Part shown: positions 49,665 to 61,600 of the stretch, piece after piece
Position numbering within the stretch: position 1 is the stretch's first letter
Layout of the letters: every line of letters starts with the position of its first letter
Source of the DNA: Ophelia neglecta
Lineage: Eukaryota
Assembly (NCBI GenBank): GCA_965285935.1
Contig: OZ260667.1
Coordinates: 40,362,001-40,426,000, forward strand
Direction of reading: 5' to 3'
Length of the DNA: 64,000 nt
Notes under the pieces: generated by a model
Told to the model about the DNA's origin: nothing
Seen by the model: the letters and a program-made list of their open reading frames with translations, nothing else
Databases searched by the model: none
Made by a program: the position numbers and the translations under genes

Positions 49665-52600
49665 AGCAATTCAAACTATGGATTCATCAGCCAGGGAATT
49701 TTAGAGGTAAATAAATGCGAACGACTGAATTCTAGCTAACAAAACTTACAGCCTCGGTCACAATCTGTTTTAAAAGTAGGAGGTGGCCATTTACTATGGG
49801 AGGAGGAGGAGGCGCAAGTCCTTGCTCCTGTCAAGAAAATTTTATGCCCTTGCTATCGGAGGCTGCGCCAATTATGTGACCCCACCAATATCATTGACCC
49901 CGCTGATTTTCACCCCCTCCCCCCCCCCCCCCCCCCCAGGCCACCTGCCCAATTCAGGCCAACTCTCCCAGTAGCCATCTCATCATTCGGTATTGGAGCA
50001 GTCGGGCTTACGTCACCACCGCTGATTTGTGACTACTTCACTAGGTGAAAACACCACAGGCTCAGCACTAGTTACATGCTAAATTCGGAATTTTCAACGC
50101 TCGATTGTCAATTAACTATCTGATATAAAGAGGGAATGTTATGGGATTCTGATTCTCTGTGATAAAACGAACATGACAGATTTTGGTCGAGTTTAAAGCT
50201 TACAGGGCAATTCTTATTTGACTCTTTTAACATAGAAAAGATAGCAACTTGACGGCAAATTCACCGAGCGCTGGACAACGGAGTGACGGCCAAGCGTGTT
50301 TGTGATTGGCCGAGCACCATTACCGACTGCAAGAATAGCACAGTCGCCCAGGTGTGATGGGCAACTCGCCCAGGTCCCATAATAAACTTGCATTTATTAT
50401 CTGTGTTAGACTATTTACAAGGGACACCTACTTATTATTATATTCTAATAATGGAAACAGTCTTCTCTGTCCAAATATGGTCACTTCCTACTTACCCTAC
50501 CCCTCCCCTTTCCCATTTGTGCCGTCCATGTTTACATTTCTCCCTCCCTCTCACACCTACTCATCCTCCATTTCTTCCCTCCCTGTCTCTTGCCCCTTGA
50601 TTTCCTCCCACCCTCCCTTCTTCTCTCGTGCACCTTCCATCTCCTGCAGTCCCTCCCTCTTATCCCCTTTCGCCTCAACCTCCCTCTTTCTCCTCACCCC
50701 CCTTCTAGTGTCCCTCCCGCCCCCCCCCCTCTCCCTGGGCTAGGGGGGCCGCATGCGATTTCTAGGTAATAGGGGTACTTTTGGGGTTTTGATCTCGGGC
50801 CCGAGGATTCCCGAATAAGGGGTACATTTTCTTTATTTTCTCCTGAGAAATTGAATAAAGTTTATTTTCTGTTTGACCATTTTGCTTTAGGAAGGAGAAA
50901 GACGTTTGAAGTCCTTCATCTATGTCTTTTATATGTCTACCTCAGTGTACCAGATCAGTACCAGCCTACCAGGGTTTATTGTAAACTTTAAAAATTTTAT
51001 TTCTGGGAACATGCAAAACAAGTATGTGTACATTTATTTTTGTTTTAGAGGAGGCACTGGTTTTGAATGCCAAAGACTTCCCTGGGATCAAAGCTCATGA
51101 TGTGGTGGAGATCTACCACCCTGAAGATGACTACAGGTTATACATATGATTAAAGATCTGGTTTCAAATTATCAACTTAAAGTCGAAATAATCTACATTA
51201 ATTCTCTATAGATGTAACAGTATTACTGATAGTTTTTTGACTGTTGTAAGCTGCAGGTTCTTTTCATTATAAACACATACTAAATCTATATCAGATGTTA
51301 TTAAGAGTACTGAAATATTGAATTGAATGCTTTAATATTCCCAAGTCTGTCAATACTCCTTTTTTGAAAACAGCAAATCACAGGAATCCCAACAGTCATC
51401 CCAACAATATAATTATTCATATGCAGAAATTAGATTTTCAGATTCATTTATGTTTTTTGATTTATGAGGACAAAGGGACAAAATTATTGTAAACACTGCA
51501 TAATTTTTGCTAACAAGGTTTTGCAAGCTACTTTATTCAATCTTTCAGCCGCCTATTGCTGCAGGTAAAGTCTCTCAACAAAGAAAATGACTTGCAAAAA
51601 GGTAAATTGTATACTTTTATTATTATCGCCCACTACCCTCACAGTAAACTGTTACTGTCTGAACAGAGAAGCACAGGTCCAAGTAATAAATGGGACGTGC
51701 TATGATCTATATTGAATCAGTGTGTTTGAAAATATTTCAAACTGACACATTTGTAAGCAGATGACAGGTATAACAATGGTTAAAAGTGAGACCCCTGATG
51801 TCTGGGACTACCCCATATAAGGTCAGGTGTTGCAGACAAGCATTTAAAAATGTAATATTTAGATTATTACTGGGGGTACAAGTTTCCTTTTTTAATTACT
51901 TTTGTTAATGACCCCAGATAAAAAAATCACCATTTGCTTTAGTTCAGAGACCAGGGCACTAAAAGATTCATTTTATGATAGCTTGCCATGTGCCAAATGC
52001 ACTTAATCTTTGTGGTAAAATCAGTTATTTTTCTGTCATCAGAAATAATTTTAGCATAAGTGGATATACTTTAACATGGGAACAAATAATAGTTCTTGTC
52101 ACTTTTGATAAATTGGACTTAGGCAACAGTGTTTTCATTAGGCTTAGCCCAGAGGGAGTCCCAAGGACTCCCTTCAGCTGGAAAATGGGAGTCCCCCATT
52201 AAGTTTTGGGAGTCCCACTTGTTAATGAAATATAGCGCCAAGTGATGAAAGTGCCAAGTGATGAAAATTGGAGTAATTTATATTTTAAGTCACAATCATT
52301 ACTTGGGATGACTTGTACATAATCTCTGTATATGAAATGCCGCAAAATTGGAGCAAACAACAAAAAAACTTTGAAATCATATTATCATTTGCATATTTGC
52401 GCCCATCCCTATGCTCCAGCCATGAGAATTCTACGAGCCACTCCTGACGGAAAGATCGGACTTTTTAAAGTTTTTCACCGACATTGCTGCCCCCAAGAGA
52501 CAACGCCATTTTCCCACCCCCAGCAAAGCATGTAACGGATAATACACCCGCTGTAATTGGCTGTCTGCTTATAGGCGCCAAATTTATATACCAATCACGA

Positions 52601-55600
52601 AACCTTTAACAAGTGTATTATGTTGACTGCTCCGTTGGATGGCGCGACCACCTAAACCCATTCAGTGCCTACAGAAAGCGCAAATGACCACTGAAGTTAC
52701 CAAATTACCGCATTGCCCATCACCAAGCCGTACACATCGGCGAATATTACCTACGTCCTTGGGACGTACATGCACTTTTATTTTAACGTCCTTGGTCATT
52801 TTCGGGAGTATTTTATATACTGGGACGCCGTAAATGAAGACACTGGGCAATAATTATGATTTTACAATAATTGCTTCACACTTGTATTTTTCAATTGTTA
52901 TGGTTTTTCTTAAAGATGTCATCAGTGTTGCACAAACGATTGCCACCAATTTTCATCTTAAAATGTACAGAGATGTCAATGTCAGCATTGTGAATCCAAA
53001 GGTAAAGAATGACAATTTCCTAATATGTTTTACTTGAACATTTCTTGGCAGACTAGAATATTTTATGAAAATTCAAAATAGATGGTGTGAGTGCCAAGTT
53101 TCCAAGTTGTAGTGTACTCATTGTTTGTACTTTTAGGATGTAGCCTGTGACTTGGTAGAACTGACTTATAAAGATCAGTATTTTAGCAGGGCAGACATGT
53201 GGAGGCTGAGAACAAGTTTGGTAAGATTTGTCCCTCACTCCTACACACCAACAGTGCTGATTATAAAGAGATTTAGATTTTGTTGTAGGTTTAGCCGTAT
53301 TAAATTCAGACAGAACAAAAACATACATGTATATGTGTTAATGTTGTCATTTCAGATAGGAACCTGCATGTATCTGTCTCAGAAGATTTGCTATGCTGAG
53401 ATGAGGGCCCAGGTGGAGGAGCTGTGGTCTAAGGGGGAGAAAGTCAAGTGTGGGTGTATAACAGAAGACACTAGGGTGGGTCCTCAAAACAGCATTTATT
53501 ACTTGTTAATTTGGTGTTGATCACAGGCAGTTGTTTGGTAATTTATACAGTATCATAGGGTCAATAAGCACATTGTAAGAGTGTCCCCTTCTGTGTTTCA
53601 ATTCTCCCATATGTTATAAATTCTGTGGGGTGGCGTGCTTCTGTGCCAACATGTCAGACTCCCATGCTATGCCCCCCCCCCCCCAGACATCCTTTTGGAC
53701 AGGTGGTAGCCCAGATATGGCTGCTTGGGGGATGTGAAGGCCCTAGGGCCCAAGATTGTGTGTGGCTAGCAGCTAAGTTGCCCCTTGTGTGTATATTGGT
53801 GGGTTATATAAACAGCAGGACTGTGAGCCCTTGAATTGCAATAAAGTTGTTGGGAACATGAAAATTTCTTTGTAAAGTGCTTTTGTACTGCATTTTTAAT
53901 GTAGAATACTGAGCACCTAATAAATATTAGTATTAATTGATTAATTAGCTGCTAGTTTCCTGTATGGGAAGAATTATTTGCTGAAATCTAAAAGATATAC
54001 AGACTTTCCTTGAGTGTTTACTCCCTTCGGGTATTGTATGTTGATAGGGTGGCACACATATATCAAGATGATGATATCTTATACATACATAGCTACTCTT
54101 TAGCCAAATTTCCCCTGTCTGGAATTCCCTTCCACTCTTTAGAAATCACTTCACCTGCCTGTGATTCACATCCTCTCTCTCTAGAACCACATCACTTGCC
54201 TGTGTTTCATGTCCTCCCTCTAGAAACACATCACCTGCCTGTGTTTTATGTCCTCTCTCTAGAATCACATCAAATACCTGTGTTATGTCCTCTCTCTAGA
54301 ATCTCATCACCCACCTGTGTTTCATGTGCTCTCTCTAGAATCACATCACTTGCCTGTGTTTCATTTTCTCTCTCTAGAATCATATCACATGTCTGTGTTT
54401 CACTTCCTCTAGAATCACATCACCTGCCTGTGTTTCAAGTCCTCCCTCTAGAATCACATCAAATGCCTGTGTTTCATGTGCTCTCTCTAGAATCATATCA
54501 AATGCCTGTGTTTCATGTGCTCTCTCTAGAATCACATCATTTGCCTGTGTTTCATTTTCTCTCTCTAGAATCATATCACATGTCTGTGTTTCACGTCCAC
54601 CCTCTAGAATTAAATAACATGCCTGTGTTTTTTATGTCCTCTAGAATCACAGTACCTGCCTGTGTTTCAAGTTCTCCCTCTAGAATCACATCAAATGCCT
54701 GTGTTTCATGTCCTCTCTTTAGAATCATATCACCTGCCTGTGTTTCATGTCCTCTCTCTAGAATTGCATCACCTGCCTGTGTTTCATTTGCTCTCTCTAG
54801 AATCATATCACTTGCCTGTGTTTTATGTGCTCTCTCTAGAATCACATCATCTGCCTGTGTTTCACATCCACTCTCTACAATCATCACCTGCCTGTGTTTC
54901 ACATCCTGTCTCTAGAGTCACATCCAATATATGTGATACACATCCACTAGCTAGACACATCCACTGTCTGTGATACACATCCACTAGTTAGACACATTCA
55001 CTGTCTGTGATACACATCCACTAGTTAGACACATCCAATGTCTGTGATGAACATCCACTAGCTAGACACATCCACTGTCTGTGATACACATTCACTAGTT
55101 AGACACATCCACTGTCTGTGATACACTTCCACTAGTTAGACACATCCACTGTGTGTGATACACCTCCACTCCGTATGAGACTGTGATTGTCATTTGGTCA
55201 GTACATTTCGATCCACATTGTCTCTCTGGCAGGTGACTTTCAGGTCCTCAACAGCCCAAGTCAACATATTCATCCAGATGAGCTCTGAGATGTGGGAGTT
55301 TGACAACTATGGAGATTTGTATTTTGAGAAAGCCGTTGATGGTTTCCTGGTTGACCTGTTTGGTCAATGGAAAGAGTTAAACTGTAACCATGATGTCACC
55401 ATAACCATGTTCTCTAGAACATTCTACGATGCTAAGTCTATTGGTACGTACTGTTTCATTTCATCACTGTTGCATTCTGGTCATAAAGACAAATATGTTT
55501 TTGATACAAATGACTTGTATGTTAATAATAATGATTTTATTGGTCTGTTCATTTATTAATGGTCACAAAAGAATAAGGCACATGTGCTATGTATTACAGT

Positions 55601-58600
55601 AGAGGCCTGATTATATCCAAAGTCTCGTGGGGCAGTAAATTTGTTTGGATAATTTGATGTTCAGATGATCCAAAAATATTCGCATATACATGTATATACA
55701 TGTATTTACAAATTATATGTACAACACCTTAGAAAAGTGTCTATATCATTTGCCTCAAATGACCACAGCGACACTGAACAATAATATAAAAGTCTCAAGT
55801 GCCACCTAGGCTTTAACCATGGCGTAACATTTTGCAAGCTGTTTCAAATTGAGCACATCAATCTAAATAGTAATGGTTAGTCATCAGACCTGTAGCCTCT
55901 TCCTTGGCATCAAGGGGGTCTACATTCGTCTGACTCTGGCTCACATTCAGGGTGGCTTGTTTTTAAATGATACTCTGACATCTTGCCGTAGTGTATTGTT
56001 TGGCAGTATTTTAGACTGATCAGGTTAGCAGCATAAAAATGATAGATAGGACAAATCTAGTGGCTTAGTATCACACCCACCGTCATGGATCTTAATATGG
56101 TTTTATTTAGTTTTATGCACTAGGGAAAATTTACAGATTGTGCTCATTGATTGACATGCCATAAGACACATACATAATTGAAAAACTCAACAAAGTTGAA
56201 AATGTCCAAGACCTATTTTATTGGACACTGCGACTGGACTGAAATGAACATAGTTTTTAGCAAACAACATGGTGGACTTATGGTTTGGTAATCAACATGA
56301 TTTTATGTGAAATACACCATAAATCACACATAAAAGGCAACTTATTGATACAAGTTTAATTGTTTGATTATTTCATGTTTTTCTAATTCATATTTTCTGT
56401 TATATTTACAAAAAATTGTGGGCCATGGATTTTGGGTGGATAATCCAAAATCGGGATAAGTGAAACCCGAATAATCAGGCCTGTACTATATGTTGAAAAT
56501 TTACAACATTAAGTGTTCATTTTGGCAGGAATTACATCACCTGTTATGCTCGGAAGGCAATATTTTAAATTTTCACTGAATTCATATTCAATGAGTCATT
56601 TGATGGAGACTGATTTCAGTTCATCACTGTGGCAAAGTGATATTAGGATATAAGCTGCGGCAATTCCCCTTAGATGGTTCTGTACCTGACTTGCAGACAA
56701 ACATGTACATACTATACATTTGCAGCTATGCTTAAGTTTGGGTCTAAAGCTCTTTTTATATTTCATTTCAGAGGAGTTTCCTATGCACATGAGAGAATGT
56801 GTTCAACAGGACTATCTTGGGCGTTTCTATGAAGACTTCTATCGGTAGGAGTGACAATCTGTATTTAATATGTTATAATACTGTTCAGTAGGAGTGACAA
56901 TCTATATTTAACATGTTATAATACTGTTCAAGCAACTTCTGCCAATGTACATTGGAGACATTCAAATGTATCATAATATTATGTTGATATGATATTTAAC
57001 TAAGAACAGTGGTCCCTGGGATGTGGGACCACCCCTAAAGGAAAAGTTGCCTATATTGCAGGCGGCCCACCATGGGCGGTTACTTAACATGGAAAAGATA
57101 GAGCATGGTAATTTAACGCCTGTCCTGCCAACGCAGGTTGCCCTTCATTGGAGGGGCCTACATGGCAGGGACAACTGTATATTAATACAGTAACTATCTT
57201 TACATAGTGTACATGTATCTAACTTCTAAGAGAATGTTAAGGGGCATGTTCTATTACAAGTCTACTCGGAATGTCTAAATTGGCAAATCGCATTGTAATG
57301 TATGATATAACAAGACTAATATTATATACATTCCCCTGTGGACATGGCCGATGAATACAGTCCTTGAGTCCCATCAAAGATACAGAAACTAACCCCCTAC
57401 CTCCAGACATAAAAAGCTGGTCTCCTTCCCTACCCAAAGGATCATTTCTGGAAAATCTTTGATATTAAAGTATGAGTAATAACATGTTTAGAATTGTTGA
57501 AGGGAAGGGTCAGCTTTCATTAGGAGGGCATGGGGTGAGTTGTTAAAGAGAACAGGGAGACAAACACAACAGACAAGAGAATGACCTAGTCTTGGTCATC
57601 TGGAGATAATGAGTGCAGCACCCATCCTGTAGTCTCCAGTTGTACGCCACCTTACCTATCCTTAGGTTGTATTACCTATGTCCCAGTTTCACAAATGGTT
57701 TACCTTGAGCACTCTTGAGTACATACCCAAGTGTGTTTATTTGGATATCTCATTGACCAAAAGCAGTCCACCTTGTATATAATTATTTTCAAAGCTTATA
57801 TTGACAGTAATCCTTCCTGTGCTCCATAAACATGTATCTTGTTCTGAATTGATGGAAACTCTATATATTATATTCACAGGAGCAAGTTTTGCCAATTTAG
57901 CTTCAAGTCCTATAGATAATGAATGCTTTAACCTTTGTTTTTTGTATTTTGCAAGAATTGTTTTCTGGCAGTCATATTTAACAGCCACAATTAAACAAGG
58001 AAAAGGTTGTTAATAATATTTTATTTAAATTTGAAATGTTTTTATTTTTACTCCAAACATGTGTATAATATGAACATTTGACAGAATAAAAACAGTTTCT
58101 GTTGATCAGATATGACCACGGTCTTGCAAAATAGAAATCATTATGTTATATTGTTGACACCGGTGTAATATTGCCTCATTTCCTGTTTCTAGAGTGGTTG
58201 TCCAGAATGAGAAATATCTAGACAATTGGCGTGATTCCACTGCTGGCGATGTGTAAACTATTTTATCTCCAGTAAACCCTGTGTGCCCCCCCTCCCACCT
58301 CCTGTAGTCGCTGGTACTTTAAATAGGCTGGTTCGGGATGTATGAAATATATAATTTGTTTGAATTTACACCCATTTGGTTTATTATGTGTCATTACATA
58401 ATAAACAAAATTTGAATTTCTGAAACATCATACCTTGATTTTAAGACTTGTATTAAAAAGCATATGGCATATTTTTGGAATTCAGTAATCCTTCAAACCA
58501 GCCTTCTTTTAGGACCGGTGGTTAATTCTCCCATTTTGTTAAGACTAACAACATATGGGCATTCTAGTATGTGCTGTAAAAACTGCATTCTTATGACACT

Positions 58601-61600
58601 TAATCCTGTGTGGTGAAATGATAACCAGCATGGAAGAAGTCATAACAGTAGGTAAATATTTATAACCTCAGTAGAATATGGTATGAGCATGAAATCGGAA
58701 GGATAAATGACAAAAGAATCTAACCACTTTATATTGTCCTGGCATTCTGTTGCTGGACTTGTAAATACATATGATTGTAAATCAAAGTGAAGAACATTGC
58801 TTTTGAAAAAAAATGTTTGATTGGATGTTCAAGCAGTCTCTACTGTAGTGTCTGCTCACATGTGCAGCCCCATGGGGCCTTATCTAGTGCCTGGCTTACT
58901 GATAGGTGTCAAAGCATCAACTAAGCATGGTTTGGGCATACCTTATTATGTCCTGAGCTCTCTGCTCTCTAGCAGCCTAAATAATACCATGGCCAAGGGA
59001 ACATTATTTTTACAGATGCTTGGCTGTTGAATTCATGTGGATGGGACAGTATATTTATAAAATCAAAATACATGTAGTTTATTCTATATTGTTGTCAATG
59101 AATCAGGAATGACAAGAGGAGCTGGTTGACTCATGAGTAGGTTACACCAGGTCTTATTAATGGTGACATTGCACTTGTAGATCATTTCATCATTGGAGGG
59201 ACTTTTAATTGCCATGACTTTACCTGCTGTATATTCATTCAGCTGTTGTCCATGTCTTTTTTGCCGAGTCTGTGCAGTCACTATAGGGCTGGTGTGGAAG
59301 CCGTAGGGAACATAGCTAAGCAGTCCCTCTGAGAATGAAATCATGTGTCCATAATATTCTGAAAACTGACTTCTTACTATTTTACTAGCTTATATAAAAA
59401 CAAATATAATAATTATAATTATAATATAACCATGATATGCTAAACTATATGAGTAGTTCTATTTGTTTTCCATGAACTGTCTGAGCATCTCTTTAGTAGG
59501 TCAAAAAAGTTCTTATTTGCCTTTATAAAAACACACATAGGTCCTTTTTAAGAATATCTGTCAGTTTTTCACTGAACTTCACCTTTGAGAAATGGTTTAT
59601 TTAAATGTAATCACCCCCAATTTTTTTGGAAACTTTATATCTAAGGCAGCCTTAAAAGTCTTAAACTCCACCAGACGAAATTATAATTATGTCAACTGCA
59701 TATATCAGCACTGTTAAATTGTGAAATTAGTTCCAATTTGAAAATAGTCCGCAGTTTGAAACTGACCCAAACGGGTTGTAAAGTGTCCGGTATAAAAAAG
59801 TGCTTCTTCGGGATTGTGGAGCACATTAAGGGGCAAGGCTTTATTTTTACTTCTTGAAATAACTAATTTAGGTTTCAAGTTGTTTTATTATTAAATTCTT
59901 TGTCTTTTGTCCTGACCTTAATTGGCATTCAGTTGTTGTCTGTCAGTTTCTTGCTCTGTGCTGAGTCTGTTCAGTCAACTGGGCTGGTGTTGAGCTGCTA
60001 GTCCCATGTTTACTGACTGAAGGGAGCATACCTAAAGCAGTGTTTCATGCTTCATTCCTGTTTGCTTTGTCCCCTTCATGTTTTGTGGCTGAACAAGAGA
60101 AAAGATAATTGCTAGCATTTCCAAAGTGTGTATGTCGCTGATACCAATTTGACCAAAACTACCATATAAGTTTTTATTATTGTTGCTTAAATATATCTTA
60201 ACATGAGCTGTGCATCTACTGGCATTGATGAAATATAGTCTGATCAGTAATTGTTTGTTGTTTGCTGTTGGTAAGTGTCAAGTTTAAATAAAGAACATGA
60301 AGTGATTCTAACGGAGGTTATTTCAAGGATACAAAACAAATCATATGAATCAAGCATCCTGATGTATGCCTTTAATTCATATACATGTATATAGTTGGTT
60401 GCTAATCAAATGGGACAAAAATCAGATTAAATTTGTATATACATGTACATAGAACTTATTGCATTTATTCCATAGTTAACACAAACATATATACTTGTCA
60501 ATGTACTTTTTAGATTTCCTACATAATGAAATGGCTAAAATTTAAGCTCTGTTCAAACACATACAAGTAACATTCATATCCATTGGTTGTAACCTTGTCT
60601 CATCAAAAGACAGTATTTTCATGAGAACCTAGTGTATTCAAAGAGAAGAGTACCCACTGTATTCAAAGGGAACGGTATTTAGCGTATTCAAAGAGAATAG
60701 TACCTAGTGTATACAAAGAGAATAGTACTCAGTGTATACAAAGTAATGAGCACCGAGTGTATTCAAATGGATGACTACCTGGTGTATTCATACATGGTGC
60801 TGTTTATTTTTGCTGGAATATACTAAGCCTGATACTCATACACTACACAATCTGATTATGTCATGCTGGGACAAGGCTTCTGACTGTAATATTGCTTGTA
60901 TAGCTATAGACAAAATGGTAAACTATCAACGCCGAATGAAGCTATCACACAGACAAATATCATTAAAATGTTATGTTTTCCTTAGCAAATATCAGAGTAA
61001 CTATATAATGGAGAATTTATGGGTTTCAAGTTAAAAAATAGGTGTTAGTAATAATACCTGACTTTTACACTAATTTAAATCAGCAATTTTGTTTTCTCCA
61101 TTTTTGTTGTTAGGAGTACATGTTGTATTTATTTACTTGCTCATGTGTGTCATTATCAAGGGATGATCATATAAGGCGGGTGTCATTCCAGAGTTGTTGT
61201 CCAGAATGAGAGATATGATGACTGGACTTCTACCATCATACAGCTGAAAAAGCTGATGATTGACTATCAAAATCATGTCATCCGATACCACCAGAGGGAG
61301 GGAGTGCATGTGCCAAGGTCATGGAACTCATCAGCCTCCCAAGGGAATTTTCTGGAGGTGCTCAATATGGCACTCAATGGTATGGTGGTGATTTAACAGC
61401 TAGCTTTTAACATAAACTTACAGTCTATTCACAAACGTCTTTTCTTCCTTTAGCTTGGTATGAAGATAAATTGAATTAAGATCCCTATCTTTCAATACAC
61501 TAACTGTTGTATCATTTAAAAAAGTATGTGTTTTTTTACACTGTCAATTGACTAAAAATAAGCCACTTTACTTAGTGTTTGAGAAGTATTTCCTTGACCG

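Noticed and set aside
50354-50743. 129-aa Pro/Ser/Leu-rich ORF in DEPDC5 intron 1
   Set aside because: Translation of a polypyrimidine low-complexity tract.
54010-54973. 301-aa ORF and overlapping ORFs with 13-aa repeats ([13 protein letters not shown])
   Set aside because: By-product of a 39-bp minisatellite; the frame shifts within the array, and the flanking DEPDC5 exons join without it.
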